Below are positions 38,823 to 48,033 of a stretch of 64,000 nt of DNA, piece by piece. The notes beneath the pieces were generated by a model, which searched no databases, was not told where the DNA came from, and saw only the letters and a program-made list of their open reading frames with translations. Within the stretch, counting starts at the first letter, position 1. Each line of letters opens with the position of its first letter. The DNA comes from an uncultured Thermococci archaeon. GTDB taxonomy: Archaea; Methanobacteriota_B; Thermococci; Methanofastidiosales; Methanofastidiosaceae. The stretch lies in NCBI GenBank assembly GCA_964521515.1, contig CAZFRW010000001.1, positions 7,639-71,638 of the forward strand, in the 5' to 3' direction. The translations under genes and the position numbers were made by a program.

Positions 38823-39503
38823 TTGGAATTTTTAGTTAAGGATAGATCGATTGTCACGCCAGGTATGGCTATTGCAAAAGGGCCTTTCAGATATGAATAT
38901 GGAGTTGATAAATTCGAGGATACTATTATATCCTCTGTTTTAGGAATTGTCTATATCGAAAATGAGAGTGTTAAGGTAGTTCCATTAGAAGGTAAATATA
39001 TGCCTAAGAGGGGCGATGATGTAATTGGAACAGTTGTAAGTATAAATCCTTTAAGTTGGGATTTAGATATAAATGCCCCTTACTTAGCCAATCTTCATGT
39101 TCAGGATGCTTTGAGATATGTCAAGGACACTTCAAACCTTGAAAGAATCTTCAAAGTAGGCGATGTAATTTATGCAAATATTAGAGATGTCGGGGAATCT
39201 TCAGATATTGTTTTACAGTCAAAGGAAAGACCTTATGGTAAAATGAAATGGGGAAGAGTTGTAAATATTCATGCCACAAGAGTGCCCCGAGTAATTGGTA
39301 AAAAAGGATCTATGATTAAGTTATTGAAACAAATGACCAAATGCGAGATTATGGTTGGTCAGAACGGAAACATATGGATTAAGGGCGAGAGACAAATGGA
39401 AGATATTGTCGAGAGAGCCATTTTAAAAATTGATAAAGAAGCTCATATACCAGGGCTAACAGATAGAATAAAAAAAATACTTGAAACTGAATTATCAAGA
39501 TAA
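38823..39503 (+). CDS. rrp4: exosome complex RNA-binding subunit Rrp4 (S1 + KH)
   Basis: TTG start. It has an S1 domain (GDDVIGTVVSI) and a C-terminal KH domain with GKKGSMIK. Position after SBDS in the superoperon. Confidence 0.85.
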   Translation: MEFLVKDRSIVTPGMAIAKGPFRYEYGVDKFEDTIISSVLGIVYIENESVKVVPLEGKYMPKRGDDVIGTVVSINPLSWDLDINAPYLANLHVQDALRYVKDTSNLERIFKVGDVIYANIRDVGESSDIVLQSKERPYGKMKWGRVVNIHATRVPRVIGKKGSMIKLLKQMTKCEIMVGQNGNIWIKGERQMEDIVERAILKIDKEAHIPGLTDRIKKILETELSR

Positions 39504-39509
39504 TATTAG

Positions 39510-40247
39510 GTGTTATATATGGAGAAAGACATAAAGTTCTTTACTAATGGCAAGAGAATTGATGGAAGAGCCACAGATGAATTGAGAAACATAAAGATAG
39601 AAGTCGGAGTTTTTAAAAGAGCCGATGGCTCATCTTACATTGAATGGGGCGGAAATAAGATCTATTGTGCTGTCTATGGCCCAAGAGAAGCTTATCCGAG
39701 ATTTCTTCAAAAATCAGACCGGGCTATATTAAAGTGTAGATACAACATGGCTTCGTTCGCAGTTGAAGAGAGAAAAAGACCCGGCCCAAGCAGAAGGGGG
39801 GTAGAAATAGGCAAAGTAACACAAGGTGCATTAGAGCCTGCTTTGTTGTTAGAGAATTTCCCAAAATGTATGGTTGAGGTAAATATTGAGGTTATCCAAG
39901 CAGACGCTGGAACAAGATGTGCAGGAATAACGGCTGCATCTGTAGCACTTGCTAATGCAGGAATACCTATGAAAGAGTTGGTACCTGCATGTGCCGCTGG
40001 AAAAGTTGACGATAAGATTGTATTGGATCTCTGTAAAGAAGAGGATAACTACGGTCAAGCAGATTTACCATTGGCACTTCTCCCAAGAAGAAACGAGTTC
40101 AGTCTTTTACAGATGGACGGAGACCTATCCGAAGAGCAGCTTGAAGAAGCTTTAGACCTCGGTAGGAAAGGATGTCTTCAAGTATATGAAATTCAAAAAG
40201 AAGCACTAAAGAAAAAATACACAACGGAGGATGTGGCAAATGAGTAG
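39510..40247 (+). CDS. rrp41: exosome complex exonuclease Rrp41 (RNase PH-like, catalytic)
   Basis: RNase PH fold: [17 protein letters not shown]...[14 protein letters not shown]. Confidence 0.85.
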   Translation: MLYMEKDIKFFTNGKRIDGRATDELRNIKIEVGVFKRADGSSYIEWGGNKIYCAVYGPREAYPRFLQKSDRAILKCRYNMASFAVEERKRPGPSRRGVEIGKVTQGALEPALLLENFPKCMVEVNIEVIQADAGTRCAGITAASVALANAGIPMKELVPACAAGKVDDKIVLDLCKEEDNYGQADLPLALLPRRNEFSLLQMDGDLSEEQLEEALDLGRKGCLQVYEIQKEALKKKYTTEDVANE

Positions 40248-41040
40248 TGTTCTTTCGGATATTAAGAAAGATTATATGATAAGCCTCTTGAAGAACGGTA
40301 AACGTGAGGATGGGAGAGGCCTTAACGAAATGAGGGATCTAAAGATCGAACTTGGAGTTGCAAATAAAGCTGAAGGTTCATGTTTTGTCCAGATTGGAGA
40401 AACAAAGGTAATTGCTGGAGTAAAGTGTGAAACTGGAGCACCATTTCCTGACACTCCTAATCAAGGAGTTTTTACAACTAATGCAGAATTAATCCCAATG
40501 GCATCGCCTGATTTTGAAGCAGGCCCACCAAGGGAAGATTCAATTGAACTCGCAAGAATAGTTGATAGAGGAATCAGGGAATCAGGCGCCATTGATTTTC
40601 AAAAACTAGTGATTACGGAAGGTGAACTTGTCCGAGTCTTGTTTGTTGATATTCACATAATGGATTACAATGGAAACCTATTTGACACAGCAGGAATAGC
40701 AGCAATAGGAGCTCTTTACAATACTAAAATGCCAGTATTGGATGAAGAAGGAAAGAAAACAGAAGAACTAATGCCGCTACCTATGAAAAAAATCCCTATA
40801 CCCTGCACTTATGCGAAAATAGCTGATTCAATTTTATATGACCCTTCAATGGAAGAGGAAAGTGTAATGGATTCAAGAATTACTGCTACAACTGAAGACA
40901 ATGGAAGAATAGCCGCAATGCAGAAAGGAGATGTAGGAAGCTTTAAAAAAGAGGAGATTTTAGACATCGTCAGACGATCAAAGGTAAGGGGCGACGAAGT
41001 TAGATCCCTTTTAAAAGAAAAATTCTCTGAAATGAGGTGA
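40231..41040 (+). CDS. rrp42: exosome complex subunit Rrp42 (RNase PH-like, non-catalytic)
   Basis: Second RNase PH paralogue ([18 protein letters not shown]...[14 protein letters not shown]). Overlaps rrp41 by 17 nt. Confidence 0.8.
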   Translation: MWQMSSVLSDIKKDYMISLLKNGKREDGRGLNEMRDLKIELGVANKAEGSCFVQIGETKVIAGVKCETGAPFPDTPNQGVFTTNAELIPMASPDFEAGPPREDSIELARIVDRGIRESGAIDFQKLVITEGELVRVLFVDIHIMDYNGNLFDTAGIAAIGALYNTKMPVLDEEGKKTEELMPLPMKKIPIPCTYAKIADSILYDPSMEEESVMDSRITATTEDNGRIAAMQKGDVGSFKKEEILDIVRRSKVRGDEVRSLLKEKFSEMR

Positions 41041-41300
41041 TTTTCATGACAGTTTCAAATAAATCAAGCAGCGCAGGAAGATTTGGGCCAAGATACGGTA
41101 GAAAAATTAGAGTTAAGATTTCTAATATTGAAGCCCAATCAAAACAAAAACATAAGTGTCCACAGTGCGGAAGAAAATCTGTTAAAAGAATAAACACCGC
41201 AATATGGCAATGCTCAAAGTGTGAGACTACATTTGCCGGAGGCACATATCTTCCAGATACGCCTGTAGGAAGGGTTTCACAGAAAGCATCTGTAAAGTAG
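41037..41300 (+). CDS. rpl37ae: 50S ribosomal protein L37Ae
   Basis: [12 protein letters not shown]...CPQCG...[13 protein letters not shown] zinc-ribbon L37Ae signature. Confidence 0.85.
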   Translation: MIFMTVSNKSSSAGRFGPRYGRKIRVKISNIEAQSKQKHKCPQCGRKSVKRINTAIWQCSKCETTFAGGTYLPDTPVGRVSQKASVK

Positions 41301-41302
41301 GA

Positions 41303-41443
41303 AGTGAATAATTGTATAAATGTATTGAATGTAAAAGAGTACTCACCCCTACTGAACTTGATGATATAAGAGGAATCAAGTGCCCTTACTGTGGTAACAG
41401 AATATTCATCAAGATGAGGCCTGAATTGGCAAAGACAGTGCAA
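41303..41443 (+). CDS. rpoP: DNA-directed RNA polymerase subunit P (Rpo12/RpoP)
   Basis: Own translation with a TTG start gives (M)[45 protein letters not shown] (46 aa), a CxxC...CxxC zinc ribbon. It is below the ORF-track cutoff and in the canonical position after L37Ae. Confidence 0.65.
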
Positions 41444-41453
41444 GCACGTTAAT

Positions 41454-41966
41454 ATGATGCTTATCTCAACTTCTAGAAGGCCATCAACAAGGACTAGGTC
41501 CTTTGTTAAAGAGCTACTAGGAGTTATTCCTCTTTCTTTTCAAGTTACAAGAGGTAAAAAACCCATTGAAGAGTTAAAGGATATTGCTGTTCTTAAAGGC
41601 TGCAGAAGATTAATGATAGTTGAATCAAAGGATGGAAATCCTTCTGCACTCTCTTTTATGCACATTGACAAGAAAGACTGGAAATGGTTAGGAGTTATGG
41701 ATATTACTGTATCCCTCCGAAGGGAAATGAAAATAACTCATAAACTCGATTCATTTGACGACGATTTACCTTTATTTATAAAAGGTGAAAAGGGTGAATC
41801 TTTTGATTTTGTTAAAGAGATGTTCTTTGGTATGGATTATGATGGGGGTGTAGAAGCTCCTATTCTTTTATGGAACGGTGAATTTATCAACTTCTTAAGA
41901 GATGACGTTTCTAGTATTCCAATTGGCCCCAAAATTAATGTATTGAAATGGAAGCGTTTAATCTGA
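41454..41966 (+). CDS. Brix-domain ribosome biogenesis protein (Imp4-like)
   Basis: 170 aa with an N-terminal ISTSRRPSTRTRSFVKEL Brix signature. Canonical last gene of the superoperon. Confidence 0.75.
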   Translation: MMLISTSRRPSTRTRSFVKELLGVIPLSFQVTRGKKPIEELKDIAVLKGCRRLMIVESKDGNPSALSFMHIDKKDWKWLGVMDITVSLRREMKITHKLDSFDDDLPLFIKGEKGESFDFVKEMFFGMDYDGGVEAPILLWNGEFINFLRDDVSSIPIGPKINVLKWKRLI

Positions 41967-42370
41967 TGACAGTAACTAAGAATAAATCTAGAGGTGTCCG
42001 TGCCGAATATGAAGTTAAGAAATTTCTTCTTGAGAATGGTTATTTTGTCTTTAGCAAAAGAGTGAGCCAGAGCGGTCCGGATATAATAGCAATAAAAGGT
42101 GAAAAGACAATAGTAATGGAAATTAAAAACACTAAGCTTTCAAGCATCAAAATCAAAAACTCACAGATTAAATCTCTTTTAGACACAGCTACCGAAATAT
42201 CTAATAAAACGGTTCTTTATCCAAAAACAATATTAGGGGTAAAGTTTTCTTCAAAAGAGACCGGATGGACCTTTATTTCAATTGAAAATCAAATTTATGG
42301 GGACAAAATTATAAGAAAACAGCAGGAAAATCTATTAGAATTAAGCAAAGGCTTAAAAAGTTTTATTTAA
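41948..42370 (+). CDS. hjc: Holliday junction resolvase Hjc-family nuclease
   Basis: RGVRAEYEVKKFLLENGYFVFSKRVSQSGPDIIAIKGEKTIVMEIKNT fits the Hjc E...D...E-x-K restriction-endonuclease-like core. Confidence 0.7.
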   Translation: MEAFNLMTVTKNKSRGVRAEYEVKKFLLENGYFVFSKRVSQSGPDIIAIKGEKTIVMEIKNTKLSSIKIKNSQIKSLLDTATEISNKTVLYPKTILGVKFSSKETGWTFISIENQIYGDKIIRKQQENLLELSKGLKSFI

Positions 42371-42394
42371 CAATTAGAGAAAAGAGAGGGTCAG

Positions 42395-42706
42395 ATGCAA
42401 GGAGAATCAAATACATTTTATTCAAAAGGATCTAAAAAATTCAAACAAAAAATCTATTCTAAAAAAACCAAAAAATTAAACATGGGAAGAGTTTCAGATT
42501 TCAAATGGGATTTAAACCAAGTATTAAATAAACTACCTGAAGATAAAGCAGGTCTTATTCGGGGGCCATTGTACGCAAAAGCTTCAAAGATAGGTTTTGA
42601 TGAGGCTAAACAGTTCTTAAAGGATAAGGAAGATGAAGGATTAATCGATAAGGACACTGCATTAGATATTCTTCGTGTATTATCTAAATACTCAAAATTT
42701 AGATAG
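42395..42706 (+). CDS. hypothetical Lys-rich protein
   Basis: 103 aa with a GAGAGGG SD-like sequence upstream. No family recognised. Confidence 0.4.
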   Translation: MQGESNTFYSKGSKKFKQKIYSKKTKKLNMGRVSDFKWDLNQVLNKLPEDKAGLIRGPLYAKASKIGFDEAKQFLKDKEDEGLIDKDTALDILRVLSKYSKFR

Positions 42707-42827
42707 TCTTTTCTTTAATAATTTAATCCATTCAATTATCAAATTTCTTGACAATTTTAAGGTAATAAATTTATATTCTGTTCTGTTATTAAATTAGAAG
42801 ATATTAGATATAGGGCTTGCTGATAAG

Positions 42828-43304
42828 ATGGTATACAATCCAAAAACTGATTACTATGAAATGATTGGAGGTATAACCCCATCGTCTAGCATAAGAGATA
42901 TTAAAAAAGCTTACAGGAAAAAAGCTTTAGAGTACCACCCCGATAAAAATCCCGGGAGAGAAGAATCAGCAAAAAATAAATTTCTTGAGCTAAAAGATAT
43001 TTATGAAATCCTTATAGATAAAGAAAAAAAGTCAAAATATGATAGTGATAGAGAGAAATTTTTATCTATTAAAAAAACTGTTAATTATGAAGGGCGTCCA
43101 GGTTGGAACTATACAACTAATCTTAATCTTGACTCTACAAGTCTGGACCCTATCCCAAGAACATTTGTCAAGAGCAGGCCTTATGCAGTTTACGATTACG
43201 CAAAAAGTTCAAATCAGGTCCTTATTAGAATCATTATTTACTCATTCATGTTTATAATGGTTTTAGTGACTATATACATGCTAAGTTTTATCAGGCAACT
43301 ATAA
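42828..43304 (+). CDS. J-domain (DnaJ-like) protein with C-terminal transmembrane anchor
   Basis: DYYEMIGGITPSSSIRDIKKAYRKKALEYHPDKNP is a canonical J-domain with the HPD motif. The C-terminus has a hydrophobic helix (IIIYSFMFIMVLVTIYML). Confidence 0.7.
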   Translation: MVYNPKTDYYEMIGGITPSSSIRDIKKAYRKKALEYHPDKNPGREESAKNKFLELKDIYEILIDKEKKSKYDSDREKFLSIKKTVNYEGRPGWNYTTNLNLDSTSLDPIPRTFVKSRPYAVYDYAKSSNQVLIRIIIYSFMFIMVLVTIYMLSFIRQL

Positions 43305-44148
43305 GGGCCTTCTTTTCGATATACTTTTCGACCATCTTCGCGCTCAACAGGGGAAGTTTTAAGCTTATTAGTGTTTTTTCTGCTGCAATTCTCTTCAAGA
43401 TTTCACTTGCTTTTGGATCAGTGGATATCCTTTCAAGATTAGAAAAAAATTCTGGGGAATTCAATTTAGAAAGGGCCGTAGCAATGTCTTCTTCTTTAAA
43501 TCTTCCCTTCTTTGGTATTATATCCTCTACAAGTTTGTCGAGTGATTTCATATCAAACTTCTCAGACATGTAGTCATAGATTTTGTTATTGAAAGATTCT
43601 CTTATTGATAAGAGAAGCATAGCTATGTCAAAATCTTCTGTGAGTTCTTCAACTTCCATTCTCTTGACACACTTCCAGCCTTTGTAGTTACCGAGAAAAT
43701 GGACCATCTCCTTACCCGAAACAACTTTGCTCCCTTTGTCTTCAATAGGATTCTGTCCAAGATAATTATCAAGGACAGCAGGTGTAAGTCTTTCAATCCC
43801 TAATTTTTCTAAGACCATTTCTGTAAGTATACCCTTTGCAATATCTTTTGCTTCTTTTATGTCTGCAATTTCTGATAATTTTTTCGTAGTCTTGGGAGAT
43901 TTTGCCTTGTAAAGTGCACCAGAAATAGTTTTTTCATCTTTTATTATCGAGTCAACTATTTCCTGAATAAAATTTAGATTAAATCCTTGGCCTAAATACT
44001 CAAAGATCTTTTCATTAAATGATTCTCTTATCGAGAGTAATAATCGTGCAATATCAAGTTTCTCTTTCTCATCAAGGGGATCAAAACCTTTGTAACATTT
44101 CCATCCCTTGTAGTTACCGATAAACTCAACTTTTTCTGGCATGGCCAT
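43291..44148 (-). CDS. hypothetical protein with internal tandem duplication of a roughly 140-aa module
   Basis: Two copies of a module containing GNYKGWKC(Y/V)K...D(I/F)..(A/I)..LLLSIRESFN(E/N)KI(F/Y)(E/D)Y. The repeat is also visible at the DNA level (cttgtagttaccga occurs twice). Confidence 0.55.
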   Translation of the reverse strand: MAMPEKVEFIGNYKGWKCYKGFDPLDEKEKLDIARLLLSIRESFNEKIFEYLGQGFNLNFIQEIVDSIIKDEKTISGALYKAKSPKTTKKLSEIADIKEAKDIAKGILTEMVLEKLGIERLTPAVLDNYLGQNPIEDKGSKVVSGKEMVHFLGNYKGWKCVKRMEVEELTEDFDIAMLLLSIRESFNNKIYDYMSEKFDMKSLDKLVEDIIPKKGRFKEEDIATALSKLNSPEFFSNLERISTDPKASEILKRIAAEKTLISLKLPLLSAKMVEKYIEKKALIVA

Positions 44149-44259
44149 TGTATCACCTATCTTATATCGTGCTCTAGATACTTAAAAGTGTTTACTGGAT
44201 AAATTATTAATATTAACAACAAATATAAAAACTAACTAATTATCAGAATAAATGATAAG

Positions 44260-45171
44260 ATGAGGATAGCTTTCATAGGGTCCGGAGCGATAGGTAGTCT
44301 TTTTGGAGGACTTCTTAAAAAAGGTGGTGCAGATGTTTTACTCATTGGAAGGCAAAATCATGTAGAGGCCATAAGAAAAAATGGACTTTTTATTTCCGGT
44401 ATTGATGAATTTAATATTAGAATAGATGCTTCTTCCAATCCACTCGATGCAAAAGGATCAGATATTTTTGTTATTACAACTAAGGCATATGACACAAGAA
44501 AAGCACTTCTTGACATTATGCCGATTTTGAATGAAAATGCTGTAGTGATGTCTCTCCAAAACGGTGCGGGAAATATTGAAGAGATTTCTAGATTAGTTAA
44601 AAAACAAAATATCGTTGGGGCGGTAACAAGCATGGGGGCATTCCTTGAAAAGCCAGGTAAAGTACAGTTTAGAGGAAAAGGAAATACTATTATTGGTGCA
44701 CTATCAAAAGAGAACAAGAATGCTAAAGAAATAGTCAATATATTTAACGGTGCAGGAATTAAAGCCCAGTTTACAAATGACATAAAGAGCGAGATATGGT
44801 CAAAAGTAATTATTAACACGGCAATCAATGCTCTTGCTTCAATTTTTGATGCTGAAAATGGAATTCTTTTAGATGAAAATCTTATTGAAATTGTAAAAGA
44901 GATAACAATAGAAGGGAAGACAATTCTCCAAAAAGATGGGGTAAATATTCCTGAGGACATTTTTGAAAAGACAGTCGATGTCATAAAAAACACCTCTAAT
45001 AACATTAATTCAACGCTCTCAGATCTTAGAAAAGGGAATAGAACCGAGATTGACTATATATCTGGTAAGGTCATTGAACTTGGAGATAAATTATCCTTGT
45101 CAGTGCCTTATAATAAGGCACTTTTGAATATGATAAAATTTAAGGAAAATCAATTAATACAAAAATCCTAA
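44260..45171 (+). CDS. panE: 2-dehydropantoate 2-reductase (ketopantoate reductase, ApbA/PanE family)
   Basis: MRIAFIGSGAIGSLFGG Rossmann N-terminus and 303-aa length typical of PanE/ApbA. Confidence 0.8.
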   Translation: MRIAFIGSGAIGSLFGGLLKKGGADVLLIGRQNHVEAIRKNGLFISGIDEFNIRIDASSNPLDAKGSDIFVITTKAYDTRKALLDIMPILNENAVVMSLQNGAGNIEEISRLVKKQNIVGAVTSMGAFLEKPGKVQFRGKGNTIIGALSKENKNAKEIVNIFNGAGIKAQFTNDIKSEIWSKVIINTAINALASIFDAENGILLDENLIEIVKEITIEGKTILQKDGVNIPEDIFEKTVDVIKNTSNNINSTLSDLRKGNRTEIDYISGKVIELGDKLSLSVPYNKALLNMIKFKENQLIQKS

Positions 45172-45340
45172 TAACATATATAAATATTAGATTTTAATTA
45201 ATGTTGTGAACACTTTATCGGAAATATTTGGATTTGTAGTTTAATTCAAATTATTCGATATTTAAAACTCGGCCTTAATATCCGAATTTTAAATAATTTA
45301 ATAAATCAATAGAAAAGTATTTTAATATTCATGAAATAAA

Positions 45341-46402
45341 ATGTTAATAGGTGCTTTGATGGAAGATGACGTGTCCCTCATAATGTCGAAATTGATGGAA
45401 AAGGGTTATACGGAAGCTCAAATAAAAGAGAAAATAAGAATAAAAAAAGAATCCTTAATGTACGATATAACAACAAAAGGAATCCTTTCTATGATTGCTT
45501 CCGAGGAAGGAATAGTCCTGCCCGGCAAGGAAGATATCAAGATCGATTTGCTGAAAGAGGGAATGAAAGACGTTAATGTAGTTGGTCGGGTTTCAAGAAA
45601 GTATGCCCCAAAGGAATTTATACGAGATGACGGGTCCCGGGGCGTAGTCTTAAATTTGGTGATTTCGGATAAGACTGGAGAAATTGCAGTAGTATTCTGG
45701 GATGAGAACGCTGTTAAGTCTTATGAGATCTTAAACAGAGGGGACATCATAAAGATAATTTCTGGGCAGGTCAAAGGTGGAATGAAAGGTCCCCAGCTCC
45801 ATATTACTTCAAAAAGTAAGATAATTATTAATCCAGAGGGTTTTGATGAATCTTCTTTACCAGATAATTCTAGCTTCAAATCCCTAAAATATCAAAGAGC
45901 TATGTTGTCAGAATTAAACCCTGGCGACAAGTTTAAAGAAATTAGGGGCACAATAGCCAAACTATACTCTGTATTTTTTTACGATGGATGCCCCAAATGT
46001 TTTAAAAAAATGGATGCCACCCAGAAAGGATTCTGTAAGAACTGTAAACTTGAAGTATATCCTCTAAAAGTCATCATATTAGACCTCGGTATAGATGATT
46101 CAACAGGATACATCAGAGCTTCATTTTTCAAAGACAAGGCTGAGAAAGTTCTAGGTGCAAGTGCTGATCAAATTTACCAAGGCGTAAAAAGTTATCTTGA
46201 GAAAGGATTTAATTTGAAAAATTCGGGCGAAGCATATTTATCTGACAATCACTACAGTTTGTTGGGGAAAGAAGTATTAATCACAGGAAACGTTTTAGAA
46301 AGCGAGTATGTTGGAAGCGTATTTCAGGTCCACAATATATCTGATATTGATGTAGAAGAAGAGATCGAGAGGGTATTAGAGGTTATAGGAAAGGAGATGT
46401 AA
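45341..46402 (+). CDS. replication protein A large subunit (RPA41-like; OB folds plus zinc finger)
   Basis: Two OB-fold regions and a C4 zinc finger (CPKCFKK...CKNCK), as in archaeal RPA/RPA70-like ssDNA-binding proteins. Confidence 0.75.
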   Translation: MLIGALMEDDVSLIMSKLMEKGYTEAQIKEKIRIKKESLMYDITTKGILSMIASEEGIVLPGKEDIKIDLLKEGMKDVNVVGRVSRKYAPKEFIRDDGSRGVVLNLVISDKTGEIAVVFWDENAVKSYEILNRGDIIKIISGQVKGGMKGPQLHITSKSKIIINPEGFDESSLPDNSSFKSLKYQRAMLSELNPGDKFKEIRGTIAKLYSVFFYDGCPKCFKKMDATQKGFCKNCKLEVYPLKVIILDLGIDDSTGYIRASFFKDKAEKVLGASADQIYQGVKSYLEKGFNLKNSGEAYLSDNHYSLLGKEVLITGNVLESEYVGSVFQVHNISDIDVEEEIERVLEVIGKEM

Positions 46403-46713
46403 TGAAACAATCTTTCTCTATTGAAAAGGACATACGCGAAATCAAAGGTGACGAAACATTAGTTTCTTTTATAGGTGTAGTAGTATCTATTGATCCATCA
46501 ACATATATGCTGATAATTGATGATGGGACAGGAGCATTAAGCGTTTCATCAGATTCACTTTACAATGTGGAAAAGATTTTAAGGATTGTAGGAAGCCCCT
46601 ACAAAGAAGGTGGGCAGATAATCGTGAACTCTGAAATAATTCAGGATTTCACTGATTTTAATTTTGATCTCTTTAGAAAAGTTCAACAAATTGAGAAGGA
46701 GGTCTATCAATGA
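46402..46713 (+). CDS. RPA small subunit (RPA14-like OB-fold protein)
   Basis: 103-aa single-OB-fold-sized protein. Its start overlaps the RPA41 stop (ATGA-like). Gene order matches the Thermococcales-type RPA41-RPA14-RPA32 operon. Confidence 0.5.
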   Translation: MKQSFSIEKDIREIKGDETLVSFIGVVVSIDPSTYMLIIDDGTGALSVSSDSLYNVEKILRIVGSPYKEGGQIIVNSEIIQDFTDFNFDLFRKVQQIEKEVYQ

Positions 46714-47477
46714 AAAAGAGGATGCCCTCTTCTAGGCTTTCTTTAGATGAGATCCAAAAAGGGTATTTTGTAAAACCTGAAGGTGATTTTGCAACTAATT
46801 ATATAATCACTCAAGACGGATTAAAAGTATACAGGCTTAAAGGAGTCGCAACTGTAATGGCTGACCCTAGACTATCTGAGGACGGTACTTATGGCTCTGT
46901 TTTTCTCGACGATGGTACACAGAGCATAGTTGCCCTTGCATTTAGAGAGAATACCAAACTTCTAATTCCAATTAAGAAAGGAGACCTTGTCCAGTTCATG
47001 GCAAAGCTCAGTGAGTGGCAGGGTAAAAAGCAACTTAGTCTTGAAGTATTATCCTTAGTTTCTCCGAATATGTTGACTCTTCACAGAGCTGAATCTGTCC
47101 TTACCTTAATCAGACAGAAAAAATACTTTAAGATTGCGAAGAAAATCTATGAAGAAGAAAATAATGTTAGAAAGGCAATGGATCGTGCTAAAAAAGAAGG
47201 GATTAACCCTGATTTAATAGACGCTATTGAGGAACTTAACTATCTTATCGAGAATACAGAAGAAAACCGTATCTTTGACTCTGACACAGCGATTGAATCG
47301 AGAGTCATGGAGGCCATGGAAAAGCTTGATGAAGGAGATGGAGTAGTCCTTGATCTCATACTCTACGAGCTGAAAGATGACTATCTAGCAGAAGACATAG
47401 ATAACGCCGTACGAGAACTTTTGTCAAGAGGCGACCTTTATGAACCTAGGGTAAATTACTTTAAGAAGGCCATTTGA
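46710..47477 (+). CDS. RPA middle subunit (RPA32-like: OB fold plus C-terminal winged helix)
   Basis: 255 aa with a central OB-like region and a C-terminal helical/winged-helix-like domain. Third gene of the RPA operon. Confidence 0.55.
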   Translation: MKKRMPSSRLSLDEIQKGYFVKPEGDFATNYIITQDGLKVYRLKGVATVMADPRLSEDGTYGSVFLDDGTQSIVALAFRENTKLLIPIKKGDLVQFMAKLSEWQGKKQLSLEVLSLVSPNMLTLHRAESVLTLIRQKKYFKIAKKIYEEENNVRKAMDRAKKEGINPDLIDAIEELNYLIENTEENRIFDSDTAIESRVMEAMEKLDEGDGVVLDLILYELKDDYLAEDIDNAVRELLSRGDLYEPRVNYFKKAI

Positions 47478-47487
47478 GGGAGGATTT

Positions 47488-48033
47488 ATTATTAGGAGAT
47501 ACCAGATTGGTGTCATTGGCTCTGCAAGTGGCATCATAGGAAATGATTTAAAACTTGTTGCAAAAGAACTTGGAGAGGCCATCGCAAAAAATAATCAAAT
47601 ACTTTTTTCTGGGGCTTGTCCAGGACTTCCATTGGAAGCTACAATAGGTGCAAAAGAAGTTGGGGGAACAACAGTTGGAATATCTCCTGCAATAAATTTT
47701 AAAGAGCATGTTGAAGACTATAAATACCCATCCGATATATTTGATTCTATCATCTTTACAGGTTCTGGTTACAAAGGAAGAAATGTAACTCTTGTTAGAA
47801 GTTGTGATGCAGTTATTTCAGTTCAGGGAATGATGGGCACTTTAAATGAGCTTACAATAGCGTATGATGAAAAGAAGATTGTTGGATTGTTATTGGGAAC
47901 TGGTGGAGCATCCGATATTTTTTTAGATGTGCTGAAGAAAATGGGTAAGTCAAATGAGAATATTTTATCTTCAGATGACCCTTATTTATTAGTTGAAAAA
48001 ATAATAGATAGTTTAAACATTCTTTCTCAATAA
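47488..48033 (+). CDS. SLOG/TIGR00725-family Rossmann-fold protein (LOG/DprA-like); non-canonical start
   Basis: The conserved N-terminus YQIGVIGSASG...ILFSGACPGLPLEATIGAKEVGGTTVGISP is in a frame open from 47455, with no ATG/GTG/TTG before TTG 47632. GAGGGAGGA at 47476-84 is followed by ATT ATT (47488-93), so 47488 is a provisional ATT start. Confidence 0.6.
   Translation: MIRRYQIGVIGSASGIIGNDLKLVAKELGEAIAKNNQILFSGACPGLPLEATIGAKEVGGTTVGISPAINFKEHVEDYKYPSDIFDSIIFTGSGYKGRNVTLVRSCDAVISVQGMMGTLNELTIAYDEKKIVGLLLGTGGASDIFLDVLKKMGKSNENILSSDDPYLLVEKIIDSLNILSQ

Noticed and set aside
43291-43304. 14-nt overlap of convergent J-domain and duplicated-module genes as a possible frameshifted fusion
   Set aside because: The genes are on opposite strands. 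The overlap is only a 3'-3' convergent overlap, not a split gene.
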